Counted from the stretch's first letter, positions 26,037-36,743 are shown. The stretch is DNA of 64,000 nucleotides from an uncultured Micavibrio sp. (GCA_965230245.1 OZ246000.1:1085054-1149053); one strand, 5' to 3'. The notes: generated from the letters alone by a model not told the origin. Translations and numbers: made by a program.

Positions 26037-28582
26037 CCTACCACCACATTTACGATACGACCCGGAACAACGATTACTTTCCGAACCTCTTTACCTTCAA
26101 TCGCCCGCTGCACGCCATCCTCGGCAAGTGCCGTATCCTCAGCCACCTGCTTATCTGCATCCGCCGGCAACGTAATCGTCGCGCGCAACTTTCCGTTCAC
26201 CTGCACACCGATTGTTACAGTGTCGGCAACCAGAAGCGCTTCGTCAACCGTCGGCCACGCTTCATCAACAAGCATTGTGTCATGCCCCATCTGTGACCAC
26301 AACTCTTCAGCCAGATGCGGCATGATCGGATTAATCAAAACCACAAAAGCCTTTGCCGCTTCTGCCAACGCCGCTTTCTCATCATCGCTTCCCGCTTTAA
26401 ACGCTGTAAACCCGTTATAAAATTCACGGATTTGCGCAACCGCCTTGTTCATCGCAAACGCCTCGATGCTCTCACCGACACCCTTAACGGTCTTATGCGT
26501 CAGGCAGCGCAGCTCTTTGGCTTTCGCTCCGTACTCTCCGTCAAACTCTGAAACAGACACATCAAGAGCCGTAATCGTGCTATGCACTTTGTTCACGAAA
26601 CGCCATGCACCTTCAATCCCGCTTTCCGTCCATTCCAGATCCCGCTCGGGCGGAGAGTCGGAAAGAATGAACAAACGCGCCGCATCCGCGCCATACGTGT
26701 CCATAATATCTTCGGGATCAACGACGTTCTTCTTGGACTTCGACATTTTAATCGACGGCCCGATCTTGATCGGCGCACCCGTCTCGGCATGAACATTCTC
26801 GCCCGCATCATTCTTAATCACATCCGAGGGGAAAACCCACTTACCATCCGCATCCTGATAGGTTTCATGCGTGACCATCCCTTGGGTAAACAGGCCGAGG
26901 AACGGCTCGTCGCAATCCACGAACCCGCAATCCCGCATAATCTTCGTAAAGAAACGTGCATAAAGCAAATGCAAAACCGCATGCTCCACCCCGCCGATAT
27001 ACTGCTCGACAGGCATCCAGTATTTCGCCTTGTCTTTCGCGACCGGAAGGCTCTCATTCTTCGGATCGCAATATCTGAATTGATACCAGCTGGACTCAAA
27101 GAACGTATCGAAAGTATCGGTTTCACGCGTTGCCGGCTCTCCTGTCTCGGGACACGTGGTATGCTTCCATGTCGGATGATGATCCAGCGGATTACCCGGC
27201 TTGTCAAAGCTGACATCTTCCGGCAACTCGATCGGCAACTGGTCTTCAGGCACAGGAATACATGCACCATCGGAATTCCGATAAACCACAGGAATAGGAC
27301 AGCCCCAATACCGTTGACGCGAAATCCCCCAATCCCTAAGACGGAATTTTGTAACGCCGAACCCCATTTTATTCTCTTCACAACGTTTGATAACCTCGGC
27401 CTTGGCCGCATCAACGTCCATCCCGTCCAAAAACTCCGAATTCGCCAGAGTGCCCGGCCCTGTGTAAGCCTCGTCCGTAATCTCGATCCCGCCCTCGGGC
27501 AACACAACAGGCAAAACAGGCAGCTTATATTTATTCGCAAAATCAAGGTCACGCTGATCATGCGCGGGCACACCGAAAATCGCACCCGTTCCGTAATCCA
27601 TCAGGATAAAGTTCGCGATATAAACAGGAACTTCACGCCCCAACAGCGGATGCGTGGCCTTATATCCTGTATCGAAGCCGATCTTTTCCGCCTGCTCGAT
27701 CGCCGCCTCGGACGTTCCGCCCGCACGGCACTCTTGTAAGAACGCGTCAAACCCGTCCTGATCACCCGCAAGCTCCTGCGCCATCGGGTGATCGGGCGCA
27801 AGCGCGATAAATGACGCCCCAAACAGCGTATCGGGACGCGTTGTAAACACCTCGATTTTCTGATCGGAGCCGACAACATCCCATTTAAACTGCAAGCCCT
27901 GCGATTTTCCGATCCAGTTCTCCTGCATAATGCGAACCTTCTCGGGCCAGCGATCAAGATCATCCAGACAGGACAACAATTCTTCGGCATAATCGGTAAT
28001 CTTCAAAAACCACTGGTTCAGCTTGCGCCGCTCAACAGGCGCCCCCGTACGCCAGCCCTTCCCGTCGATCACCTGCTCGTTCGCCAGAACCGTGTTATCA
28101 ACGGGATCCCAATTCACGATGGATTCCTTACGATACGCGATCCCCTTTTCAAGGAATTTCAGGAACATCGCCTGCTCATGGCGGTAATACTCCGCGTCAC
28201 ACGTCGCAAATTCGCGGCTCCAGTCAATGGAAAGCCCCATGGCTTTTAACTGCTCGCGCATGCCCGCAATATTCGCATGTGTCCACTTGGCCGGGTGCTC
28301 CCCGCGCTCGATCGCGGCGTTCTCGGCCGGCAAACCGAACGCATCCCAGCCCATAGGATGAATAACGTTAAACCCCTTGGCCTTTTTATAACGGGCAACC
28401 ACATCACCCAGCGTATAATTGCGCACATGCCCGACATGAATCCGCCCCGACGGGTACGGAAACATTTCCAGCACATAATATTTGTCTTTGGATTGGTCTT
28501 CTGTAACAGAAAAAGCGTCCGCCTCATCCCACTTCCGACGCCACTTTTTCTCGGTTTCTTTAATATTATAACGCTCAGCCAT
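26033..28582 (-). CDS. leuS: Leucine--tRNA ligase
   Basis: 849 aa; [11 protein letters not shown] (HIGH) and KMSKSKKN (KMSKS). Confidence 0.97.
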   Translation of the reverse strand: MAERYNIKETEKKWRRKWDEADAFSVTEDQSKDKYYVLEMFPYPSGRIHVGHVRNYTLGDVVARYKKAKGFNVIHPMGWDAFGLPAENAAIERGEHPAKWTHANIAGMREQLKAMGLSIDWSREFATCDAEYYRHEQAMFLKFLEKGIAYRKESIVNWDPVDNTVLANEQVIDGKGWRTGAPVERRKLNQWFLKITDYAEELLSCLDDLDRWPEKVRIMQENWIGKSQGLQFKWDVVGSDQKIEVFTTRPDTLFGASFIALAPDHPMAQELAGDQDGFDAFLQECRAGGTSEAAIEQAEKIGFDTGYKATHPLLGREVPVYIANFILMDYGTGAIFGVPAHDQRDLDFANKYKLPVLPVVLPEGGIEITDEAYTGPGTLANSEFLDGMDVDAAKAEVIKRCEENKMGFGVTKFRLRDWGISRQRYWGCPIPVVYRNSDGACIPVPEDQLPIELPEDVSFDKPGNPLDHHPTWKHTTCPETGEPATRETDTFDTFFESSWYQFRYCDPKNESLPVAKDKAKYWMPVEQYIGGVEHAVLHLLYARFFTKIMRDCGFVDCDEPFLGLFTQGMVTHETYQDADGKWVFPSDVIKNDAGENVHAETGAPIKIGPSIKMSKSKKNVVDPEDIMDTYGADAARLFILSDSPPERDLEWTESGIEGAWRFVNKVHSTITALDVSVSEFDGEYGAKAKELRCLTHKTVKGVGESIEAFAMNKAVAQIREFYNGFTAFKAGSDDEKAALAEAAKAFVVLINPIMPHLAEELWSQMGHDTMLVDEAWPTVDEALLVADTVTIGVQVNGKLRATITLPADADKQVAEDTALAEDGVQRAIEGKEVRKVIVVPGRIVNVVVG

Positions 28583-28650
28583 AAACTCTTATTCGGGCAA
28601 TACTCTAAACAAGCCCGCCTTCATTACATAACAATCTGTAAACTCTGAAA

Positions 28651-29199
28651 CTATTGTACGTCGCCCAGATGCGCAATACGTAATTGGCGCGCGCGGGTCA
28701 GGATTGCATCTTCAAGCTTCAGGGACGTTTCCTCGGAAACTTTCGCATCACGCCAAGCGCCGCCATCATTGACCTGACGGAAAACCTTGACCTGAATAGC
28801 ATCGGACTTTAGCTCGCGCCCCATCACAAAAACATTAAGCTTCGTACGCTCGCCCGGGGTTTCGGGTGCTGTATACCATTCGGTCAAAATCACACCGCCA
28901 AAAGGATCGGCACTCGCCAAAGGCATAAAGGAAACGGTATCAAGAGAGGCACGCCACAGAAAACCGTTCACGCCGATCAAATTCCCCTGAGACTTTTCAG
29001 CCCGCTTGGAAGAACCGAGAATACCGCCTTCCCCAAAAACACTGTCGCCCTTGGAATAAATATTATCATCCCCTGTAACGGCACGGTCATAACCGGACGG
29101 ATATTTTGCTTCTGATTCAATGCCTTCGCAGCCTGAAAGCAAAACAACCGAAAAAACGGATAATGCGGAGAATGCCAAAAATCTTAACTTGGGTATCAT
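28651..29199 (-). CDS. DUF3576-like lipoprotein
   Basis: Lipobox LLSGC. 182 aa. Conserved neighbour of leuS in alphaproteobacteria. Confidence 0.6.
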   Translation of the reverse strand: MIPKLRFLAFSALSVFSVVLLSGCEGIESEAKYPSGYDRAVTGDDNIYSKGDSVFGEGGILGSSKRAEKSQGNLIGVNGFLWRASLDTVSFMPLASADPFGGVILTEWYTAPETPGERTKLNVFVMGRELKSDAIQVKVFRQVNDGGAWRDAKVSEETSLKLEDAILTRARQLRIAHLGDVQ

Positions 29200-29532
29200 T
29201 CTAATTCTTCTCTCTATTTAAATCTGACCATTATCCTTTATCACGTAGACAAAGCACCCTCAAGACTCGTTTTCCGCAACACTTTTTGTAAGAAAAAATA
29301 ATCAATATTAATTAAAATCAGTAACTTACATATATGTGTGACAAAATTGCAACGTGACTGAGATTTTGTACCACACTAAGCGAAAACGGCGTTGACGATT
29401 CTTGCGTTTCTTGGCGTAATGCTAGTGTTCGCTTGTCAAGTGGACGGCTTATCCTAGTTAGCTATTTATTACGCAGGGTTTTATACCTGTCAACTTGGCT
29501 AAGCGTACAAAAGTTTTATTTGGAGGAAAACT

Positions 29533-30591
29533 ATGAAAAAACTACTTTTAGCAAGCGTTGCTGTTGGTGGATTGGCATTTGCCGCTACGCCTGCACACGC
29601 TGAAATCGAACTGGAAGTCGGTGGTTACTTCAAGGGCTACGCAGCATTCGTAGACCAGGATGATGACTTTGCCGATGTTAACGGTTTCGACTTTATCCGT
29701 GACACAGAAATCCACATCGGTGGTGAAACAACTCTGGACAACGGTCTGACAATCGGTACGCACTTCGAATTCGACGTTGATGGCGGCGAATCTGCAGACG
29801 TAGACGAATCTTACCTTTACTTCTCCGGTGACTGGGGTCGTGTGAACTTCGGTGCTGAAGACGGTGCTGCCTACCTCTTGCAGGTTGCTGCTCCTTCTGC
29901 TGACAGCAACATCGACGGTATCCGTCAGTATGTTCAGCCAATTAACTGGGCTGCAGCTGGTATCGTTCCATTCTCCGATGGTTTGGACTACGACCATGAT
30001 CCAACAGGAAAAGCTGACAAGTTGACATACCTGTCACCTGTTTTCAGTGGTTTCCAAGCTGGTTTGTCTTTCTCACCTGACACAGATGCTGCTGATGACC
30101 TCGAAGGTATCGGTACAGATGACGTTGCTGGTGATATCGGCCAGACATACGAAATTGCTGTTCGTTACGAAGGTCAGTTCAACAACATCGGCATGATCCT
30201 CGGTGGTGGTTACTCTCACGGTGACCTCGAAGAAGACAGCGGTGGAGATGACGACCGTCAGGTTTGGAACCTCGGTGCTGACTTCGATATCGGTCCTTTC
30301 GGTATCGGTGTAATCTACACAGAAGACAACAATGCTCTGGATGACACAGACTCTGAGACATTGGTTATCGGTACAGACTACACAACTGGTCCTTTCAAGA
30401 TCGGTGCGTCTTACCTGAACCTGGACACAGAAGATGTAACAGAAGTTGACCGCTACACAGGTGGTGTAACTTATGAATACGGTCCAGGCATGTCCTTCCG
30501 TGGTTCTATCAGCTACACAGAAGTCGACCCAACAGGTGGCGACGAAGTTGAAGGAACAGCGATTGTTCTTGGTACACAAGTTAACTTCTAA
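29533..30591 (+). CDS. Outer-membrane porin
   Basis: Signal peptide MKKLLLASVAVGGLAFAATPAHA. Alternating beta-strand pattern, acidic loops and a C-terminal ...GTQVNF. GGAGG RBS. Confidence 0.8.
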   Translation: MKKLLLASVAVGGLAFAATPAHAEIELEVGGYFKGYAAFVDQDDDFADVNGFDFIRDTEIHIGGETTLDNGLTIGTHFEFDVDGGESADVDESYLYFSGDWGRVNFGAEDGAAYLLQVAAPSADSNIDGIRQYVQPINWAAAGIVPFSDGLDYDHDPTGKADKLTYLSPVFSGFQAGLSFSPDTDAADDLEGIGTDDVAGDIGQTYEIAVRYEGQFNNIGMILGGGYSHGDLEEDSGGDDDRQVWNLGADFDIGPFGIGVIYTEDNNALDDTDSETLVIGTDYTTGPFKIGASYLNLDTEDVTEVDRYTGGVTYEYGPGMSFRGSISYTEVDPTGGDEVEGTAIVLGTQVNF

Positions 30592-30620
30592 TCGAAGTCT
30601 GACTTAATAAGATTTAATAA

Positions 30621-30647
30621 AGGGGCGCTTTTCGGGCGCCTCTTTTT
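30621..30647 (+). terminator. Intrinsic terminator after the porin gene
   Basis: AGGGGCGC...GCGCCTCT hairpin followed by TTTTT. Confidence 0.7.
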
Positions 30648-30697
30648 CTTTGTAGATTCGTTATGGATTTTTTTTATCATTTCTCTATGGTTTGCCT

Positions 30698-31363
30698 ATG
30701 ACCGTGAAAGACAATCTGCAGATTATAAAACAAAACCTGTCCAAACTGGCTGAGCAGACAGGCCGTAACCCTGCAGACATAAATCTTGTCGCTGTCAGCA
30801 AAAAACAGCCCCCCGAGAAACTGCGGGAAGCATTGGAGTGTGGCCATAGATTATTTGGTGAAAACCGCGTTCAGGAAGCACAGGAACATTGGACAAGTAT
30901 AAAGCCAGATTACCCCGATCTGAAACTTCATTTGATCGGCCCGTTGCAAACCAATAAGGCCAAGGATGCTGTGGCTCTGTTTGATCTCATCGAAACGGTA
31001 GACCGTGAAAAACTCGCTCGCACACTGGCCAAGGAAATGAAAAAACAAAGCAGAAATCTGCCCTGCTTTATTCAGGTCAACACAGGCGAAGAAGAACAAA
31101 AAGCCGGAGTTTCTGCTAAAGACCTATCCGACTTTCTGGAGTTCTGCCGCAAAGAATGTGAACTGGATATAATGGGACTGATGTGTATCCCGCCCGTTGA
31201 CGACCCGCCCGCATTGCACTTTGCTCTGCTTCGAAAACTGGCAAAAGAAAACGGCCTCAAACATTTAAGCATGGGCATGAGTGCCGATTACGAAAAAGCC
31301 ATTCCGTTAGGCGCAACATACATCCGTATCGGGACGGGTGTGTTCGGAAGCCGCATAAGTTAA
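30698..31363 (+). CDS. yggS: YggS-family pyridoxal-phosphate homeostasis protein
   Basis: LVAVSKKQ (PLP lysine), FGENRVQE, HLIGPLQTNK, LSMGMSADY, IRIGTGVFG. Confidence 0.9.
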   Translation: MTVKDNLQIIKQNLSKLAEQTGRNPADINLVAVSKKQPPEKLREALECGHRLFGENRVQEAQEHWTSIKPDYPDLKLHLIGPLQTNKAKDAVALFDLIETVDREKLARTLAKEMKKQSRNLPCFIQVNTGEEEQKAGVSAKDLSDFLEFCRKECELDIMGLMCIPPVDDPPALHFALLRKLAKENGLKHLSMGMSADYEKAIPLGATYIRIGTGVFGSRIS

Positions 31364-31370
31364 AGAACTC

Positions 31371-32138
31371 CTAGACATAATTCTTAATATATCCGGCCGT
31401 TCGCCCACCGGCCGCACGTGTATAGCTCTGATCACGACCGTGATCTTGCTGTCCTTTCCTAGAGCCCGTCGGCTTGACTGTATCTGCAATAACCTGATCA
31501 CTAAGGCGAGCTTCCGTCATGGGCTGTTCCGCAAAAGCAAGCAAACTGGCCGGCAGATCATCATATGCACTGCTTTGATCAATCGGTTCCGGTGCATCCA
31601 TTTCAAATTTAGCCTTCGATAAAACACGCTCATTAAAAGAAGAAGGATCCTCGTTCTTGTCAATGAAAGACAAAGCATGCGCGGAAACATCCTTTCCCGT
31701 ACCGTCCTTAATGACAGCGTCAACCAATCCGGAGGCCATGCCGACCGGACCGCCGAAAACGCCGCCGCCAATAATTTTGCCGACCGGGCGAATCTCGTCG
31801 CCTGTCACCTCCCGATAAACAAGATTAACAAGTGGTATGTGTTGTAAAGGGTTCACCATATCGAGCAGATCCCCAAAACCGAACGCATCGTCTGTGCCCG
31901 AATCGCGAGAGTCGGAACCGCTGTTAAAATCGACGGAATGATTCTTGGAAACGTGCGTATCGGACAAAACCTCCCGAAACGAGGAATGCGCAGCCTCTCC
32001 TCTATCAAAGAGCGAGTAGGAAGGAATCGACCCCGCCGTACGCTCGTTTTTGACCATATGGTACTTTTTTCCTGCCTGATTCGGCGCAGAAACATTGGAA
32101 ACGCTGGTATCAATAGTCTTTTCGATCATAGGAACCAT
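31371..32138 (-). CDS. Hypothetical protein
   Basis: 255-aa ORF. The central block FGFGDLLDMVNPLQHIPLVNLVYREVTGDEIRPVGKIIGGGVFGGPVG looks like a conserved core. No known domain recognised. Confidence 0.5.
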   Translation of the reverse strand: MVPMIEKTIDTSVSNVSAPNQAGKKYHMVKNERTAGSIPSYSLFDRGEAAHSSFREVLSDTHVSKNHSVDFNSGSDSRDSGTDDAFGFGDLLDMVNPLQHIPLVNLVYREVTGDEIRPVGKIIGGGVFGGPVGMASGLVDAVIKDGTGKDVSAHALSFIDKNEDPSSFNERVLSKAKFEMDAPEPIDQSSAYDDLPASLLAFAEQPMTEARLSDQVIADTVKPTGSRKGQQDHGRDQSYTRAAGGRTAGYIKNYV

Positions 32139-32218
32139 AAAAAGTTACTCTGTTTTATGTGGAAGCAAATCACATGCCACCCTGTATCAAACCACCAATA
32201 TCGTGCTAAATTCATGCC

Positions 32219-32785
32219 ATGAATAAAGAGATAATCGATCAAGCGCTTAAAATAATTTCTGACCCCGTAACCTGCGCACGGATAAAACAGTCATTACAAT
32301 TCATTAATGCGCAAACGCAATACTTTGACTTCGAGGAAAACAGTGAAATAGAAAACAGGATTGTCATCAAAGCGGAAAAAAGAACAGAAGAAAAGGAAAT
32401 CAGGCTTCCACGCCGCATAGGGTATATAATGGATACGCTCTTTGAACTTACTGCCAATCAAAGCACGCATATTAAGCCCGAAAAAATCGAAACGGATCAT
32501 TTCACACTGGATACACGAAGACTGGAATTCAGATCTGGCGAGATCACGGCCACCCTGACCGAAAAAGAAAATGAAATTCTTGCCTTTCTTTATAATCACG
32601 CCCCAAAAACCGTAAGCAAAAAGGATTTACTCGGAAATATCTGGGAATATGCTGATAATGTCGAAACGCATACGTTGGAAACGCACATCTACCGCTTAAG
32701 ACAAAAAATTGAAAAAGACCCTGCAAATCCGGAAATTCTGATGACGTCCGGATCAGGATATAAACTCAACTGCGGCAATAATTAG
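32219..32785 (+). CDS. OmpR/PhoB-type winged-helix DNA-binding protein without a receiver domain
   Basis: C-terminal LTEKENEILAFLYNHAPKTVSKKDLLGNIWEY...ETHTLETHIYRLRQKIE...ILMTSGSGYKL (Trans_reg_C). The N-terminal ~90 aa lack the receiver D-D-K pattern. Confidence 0.7.
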   Translation: MNKEIIDQALKIISDPVTCARIKQSLQFINAQTQYFDFEENSEIENRIVIKAEKRTEEKEIRLPRRIGYIMDTLFELTANQSTHIKPEKIETDHFTLDTRRLEFRSGEITATLTEKENEILAFLYNHAPKTVSKKDLLGNIWEYADNVETHTLETHIYRLRQKIEKDPANPEILMTSGSGYKLNCGNN

Positions 32786-33348
32786 AGGGAAATATCTTTT
32801 TTTGCGCTCTCAATCGCCATGGCAATACTGTCAACAAAACTCTTGGCCCGCTGAATCTGAAGCCCTTGGACACCTTGCCGTTCTAATGCTCTCAAATCTT
32901 TAATCAAACCCGAGACATACTCAAACTCATCATCGAAATCAGATGTAGCCCCAGCCTGTTTGTCAGAATACTTTGATACTCTGTAAGCCACCTTCCTGCT
33001 GACACTCGCTGCATGCGAATACGCTTTGGAAGCCTGCGCTGCCTTGGCACGTAAATCATCAATCTTTTGTTGGGAGGCGTTTATCTTGGAAGACTTATCT
33101 TTAACATCTTCTTCTGTCAAACCAAAGGTACGGAATACATAACGCTCTAGATAAACAAGAAGCGCCTCCATTGAAACAGTCGCCTCATCTGAGGTTGTTT
33201 GCTGAGAACCGTCCGATGAAGATCGGTCTTGAAATTCTCTGCGCTCTGGATTGTCTTTTTCGTGATGCAAAAGGTCATACCGCGTGTCGGCACTTTCCGT
33301 TTCACGTGGCTTATAAATTCCTTTTATATGACCAACATTCGTATCCAT
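32782..33348 (-). CDS. Hypothetical protein (188 aa)
   Basis: ORF only. Predicted helical and charged, with no signal peptide. Confidence 0.4.
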   Translation of the reverse strand: MDTNVGHIKGIYKPRETESADTRYDLLHHEKDNPERREFQDRSSSDGSQQTTSDEATVSMEALLVYLERYVFRTFGLTEEDVKDKSSKINASQQKIDDLRAKAAQASKAYSHAASVSRKVAYRVSKYSDKQAGATSDFDDEFEYVSGLIKDLRALERQGVQGLQIQRAKSFVDSIAMAIESAKKDISL

Positions 33349-33426
33349 ATCTTCGTCTTCTCAATGAATATACACCTAACATATCAGAGAGAATAAAGTT
33401 CAGGCAAACTTAAAAGATTATGAAAA

Positions 33427-34200
33427 TTATTTTTTAATATCAAAAGGATGTGGGTACTTCATATCTTCAGGCATATTCTCATACGCGTACTGCTCCGCGT
33501 ACCACGGCGCAACGTAATCCCACATTTTTTCCATCTCGCCGGTCTTATCGCTTTCTGCTTCACACTTCATGTAAGCGATTTCACCGACCATGATCCACTG
33601 CTTTACGCGGCCCATCTTAACAGGCTTAACGTGGTCAGCCTCGATAGGCTTCACACGCATTGTCAAAATAGCCCTGTATTTCTCTCCTTCATAATGGATA
33701 TGCTCAGATACGTTTCGAAAATGATCAGCCTCAATATACATATCGGAAAAGAGAGCTAACTTATTCACGACCAGAGAAACCCATTCATTTTTTCCGTACG
33801 GATAGGAAAACGTTGGAATGTAATCTTTCTCCTGTTTTGGAAAACTAAAATACATTCGACCGGACTGTTTATCATCGGAAATCTTAAGGGATAAAACTAC
33901 GCCCGTCTCAATATTAAGCATATCGGTATTGGGATCGTACTGGCTATATCCTGAACCAAGCCGAATAGCTTCTTTGATAAAATAATCATCCTGTTTTGCG
34001 TAAGGTAAATTCTGAAAATCTGAAGTGCTCTTCACCCAATGCTCGTAATCCGGAGCAACACCTGCCAGACTAAAAAATGCAAAAACACCCTGCTCTTTTC
34101 GGGTCGTAACCTGACTGTAATCCCCGGCGACCGCACTTCGAAAAGCAAACAGCGCAAAAAAGAGACTTACAACTACTGGAATACACCAAAACGTGCGCAT
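33427..34200 (-). CDS. Hypothetical secreted protein (257 aa)
   Basis: N-terminal signal peptide (VVVSLFFALFAFRSAVA). No recognisable domain. Confidence 0.5.
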   Translation of the reverse strand: MRTFWCIPVVVSLFFALFAFRSAVAGDYSQVTTRKEQGVFAFFSLAGVAPDYEHWVKSTSDFQNLPYAKQDDYFIKEAIRLGSGYSQYDPNTDMLNIETGVVLSLKISDDKQSGRMYFSFPKQEKDYIPTFSYPYGKNEWVSLVVNKLALFSDMYIEADHFRNVSEHIHYEGEKYRAILTMRVKPIEADHVKPVKMGRVKQWIMVGEIAYMKCEAESDKTGEMEKMWDYVAPWYAEQYAYENMPEDMKYPHPFDIKK

Positions 34201-34254
34201 GAAAAAACTATGCCTTGCCTATGCTTGTTGCCCCTTAATGCTATATTCAATACC

Positions 34255-34851
34255 ATGCGTTTAAGAGAACAAAAAGAGCTGTTAACAAATAAAATGGACG
34301 AAGACGATAAAAAACTCTGGGAAATAATGGTTTCTGACGTCAAAAAACTTTATCAGGAAGACACTTTATACAACTCCGAGGAACAAAATTCATCAAAACC
34401 CAAAAAATCACCGCAAAAGACCCAGGGTCAAGCCAAAAACGCCTCTCATCAAATACAAACTCCGCAGAAAACAAAAAAAGAGTCTAATGATAAAAGCAGC
34501 TTTCAAGTTGACCGTGCCACGGCGGAAAAGTTGCGTAAGGGAAAAATCAGGATTGACGCCAGAATTGATCTTCACGGTATGAATAAAATTCAGGCGCATG
34601 AAGCCTTGATCAGCTTCATCAATCAATCCCATACGCGCGGCCATAGATGCGTCCTGGTCATTACGGGTAAAGGAAAAGCAAAAAGTTCGGAACAGCACTG
34701 GATGCACAACGAGCCGGGGATACTCAGGAAATCCGTACCTTCTTGGCTTAAATCGCCACCTCTGAACAACATCGTACTAAAAGTTCAACAAGCTGCCATA
34801 AAAGACGGCGCCGAAGGTGCATTATACGTCCTGCTCCGAAAAAAACGCTAA
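34255..34851 (+). CDS. Smr domain protein
   Basis: IDLHGMNKIQAHEAL...CVLVITGKG...GILRKSVPSWL. The start is taken at MRLREQ (34255); the track start at 34039 overlaps the upstream minus-strand gene. Confidence 0.8.
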   Translation: MRLREQKELLTNKMDEDDKKLWEIMVSDVKKLYQEDTLYNSEEQNSSKPKKSPQKTQGQAKNASHQIQTPQKTKKESNDKSSFQVDRATAEKLRKGKIRIDARIDLHGMNKIQAHEALISFINQSHTRGHRCVLVITGKGKAKSSEQHWMHNEPGILRKSVPSWLKSPPLNNIVLKVQQAAIKDGAEGALYVLLRKKR

Positions 34852-34928
34852 AACCCTTTTCGTGACTTCTTAACCTCGATTTGCTATAAAATATTCCAAA
34901 CACAGGCTGTAAAAACAAACTTAACCCA

Positions 34929-36230
34929 TTGGGTATGGCAATGCCGGAGAACGAAGCGGGAAAAGCATATTTAGCAAACGTGACCGTCACCGAAGCGGTA
35001 GCGTTTGATCCTGAGACCGATGATCCCGATAAACCTGAGACTTGGAACGTACTTTCTGCTGGCGACTACGAAGCTGAGCATCACGGGAACATGCAGTTCT
35101 TTTGTCCTTGCTGTCTTGATAAGGGAGATCAGGTCAGACTAAAACGTCCGTCGACAGATGATAACGGAAGAGCCAGAGAATATTTCCAGACAATACAAAT
35201 GGATGTTGTGGATTCACAAACCGAAGAACCCATAATAGACCCGGCAACCAACGAACCGATGGTCGAGCACGTGCGCTATAAAATTCCGCCGCGTTTTACA
35301 CTATGGCCTGGCCATAGACACACATGCGACCTGGCAAGCCAGCAAAGAAACCTATCCGAAACGCTTTACGAAAACGGCGGTGTAAACCTGAACAGTTCCG
35401 AAGGAACATACATCGTCAATATGAATATCGCCGCAGGACAAAGAACTGCGAAGAAAAAACGGCCTAGAATCGGTCTGACGGAATCCGGTGAATTTGATTC
35501 GCTAGCCAGAGGCACAAAAAGAAAACTCCACCGCTCGTCTTCCACACCGCCCGGAAAACACTCAGAAGGCGTAAAAGACATCTCCACAGTCGCAAAAATG
35601 CTCGATAATACCGAATTTGAACAAGGCGCACGCGACAGAATCTTAATGAGAGTTGGCACACAACTGACAAGCCTCGGTGAGATGTATAAAGGCTCGGCCT
35701 TTGAGCTATATCGTGATATCTATCGGGCCGAACATCAGATCGCAAATGATCCGAATGCCAATCATAATCATGCAGCCTTGTTCAGATTCAGACCGAACGG
35801 AAACAGAAAATTCTGGAAAAAAGAGCAGGATGGCTCCATGACCGTCCCCTCACACCCTGAAAAAACCCATGACCGACAAGGACGTGAATTCTATTTCACA
35901 AGCAGCATAAACTTTCAGACAGACGGCGCTTTCGAGCAATTCAAAAAAGCATATGATGAAGCCGAAAGCCCTGAAGACCGATGGTTTTTGGTTTACACCG
36001 AACACGCAAACGTCGACATCTTCGATCATCAACACAAAGCCGCAGGAATTGACGAGGAGCGTGGAGCAAATGGCGGAACACAAAAATCCACCCCATCCAT
36101 CAACGTGGAAACAACCGTCTTTTCAAAAGACCAGATGATGCAATGGAGTCCGCCTTCAGCACAACTCATGCTCGACTTTAGTAAACCGCCATCCCATGAT
36201 GTACAGGACGGCCCTGCGTCATTATCCTAA
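34929..36230 (+). CDS. Hypothetical protein with a Cys/His cluster (433 aa)
   Basis: Long ORF. FFCPCC...(60 aa)...GHRHTC motif, a basic stretch (RTAKKKRPR) and no recognised domain. Start ambiguous: TTG 34929, ATG 34935 or ATG 34941. Confidence 0.5.
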   Translation: MGMAMPENEAGKAYLANVTVTEAVAFDPETDDPDKPETWNVLSAGDYEAEHHGNMQFFCPCCLDKGDQVRLKRPSTDDNGRAREYFQTIQMDVVDSQTEEPIIDPATNEPMVEHVRYKIPPRFTLWPGHRHTCDLASQQRNLSETLYENGGVNLNSSEGTYIVNMNIAAGQRTAKKKRPRIGLTESGEFDSLARGTKRKLHRSSSTPPGKHSEGVKDISTVAKMLDNTEFEQGARDRILMRVGTQLTSLGEMYKGSAFELYRDIYRAEHQIANDPNANHNHAALFRFRPNGNRKFWKKEQDGSMTVPSHPEKTHDRQGREFYFTSSINFQTDGAFEQFKKAYDEAESPEDRWFLVYTEHANVDIFDHQHKAAGIDEERGANGGTQKSTPSINVETTVFSKDQMMQWSPPSAQLMLDFSKPPSHDVQDGPASLS

Positions 36231-36709
36231 AATTGCTTTGGTGAAAGCTCAACCATACGCCCGTTGCTGTCATAGAATCTTAAATAAGGCTCTTCGGCTC
36301 GGCCTTCAAGACCGATAACGATTCTCTCGTTTCCATACAAATCTCTAAAAATCAGAGTCGGAGAATGATAAGGCCCTTTGGTGCGAAAAACCCCGCGCAA
36401 CGCCTCTTTTTCATCATGTATTGCAATTAAGGCCTGACCTTTATCACGAAAGTTAGAATAACTTCCCATTTGCGCGATAATTTTACCCTCGCCATTGAAC
36501 ATAAAAAGAGAACCTTGCCCTGCAGCACCATATCCGAGAAGGCCGGCATGTTTTCCTTTTGAATTTAATATAGTCACAGATTCCAAAGTCTGATGCTCAA
36601 TGCCCTTTTCAGCAGCCATCAAAGGCGCGGCATGAAATGCAACGGATCCGGCAAAACCGCCAGCAAACCCTGCCAAAACCATAATACAAATGCGAAAAAA
36701 ATCGTTCAT
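36227..36709 (-). CDS. Hypothetical exported or membrane-anchored protein (160 aa)
   Basis: N-terminal hydrophobic segment ICIMVLAGFAGGFAGSVAF. No recognised domain. Confidence 0.45.
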   Translation of the reverse strand: MNDFFRICIMVLAGFAGGFAGSVAFHAAPLMAAEKGIEHQTLESVTILNSKGKHAGLLGYGAAGQGSLFMFNGEGKIIAQMGSYSNFRDKGQALIAIHDEKEALRGVFRTKGPYHSPTLIFRDLYGNERIVIGLEGRAEEPYLRFYDSNGRMVELSPKQF

Positions 36710-36743
36710 GAAAAACCCAAATACAATTCGTTCTGCAGCTATT

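Noticed and set aside
26582-27739. 385-aa plus-strand ORF and other 100-255-aa ORFs overlapping leuS
   Set aside because: They lie entirely within the unambiguous leuS coding region. The translations are Arg-rich nonsense typical of antisense or off-frame reading of a GC-biased gene.
33296-33311. Fifth parS-like sequence CGTTTCACGTGGCTTA
   Set aside because: Only the left half matches parS and the right half is diverged (about 5 mismatches overall). The isolated half-site at about 1445 (ACGTGAAAC) was rejected for the same reason.
34039-34254. N-terminal 72-codon extension of the Smr ORF
   Set aside because: It overlaps the start of the convergently read secreted-protein gene and translates to basic low-complexity sequence. 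Homology-like sequence starts at MRLREQ (34255).
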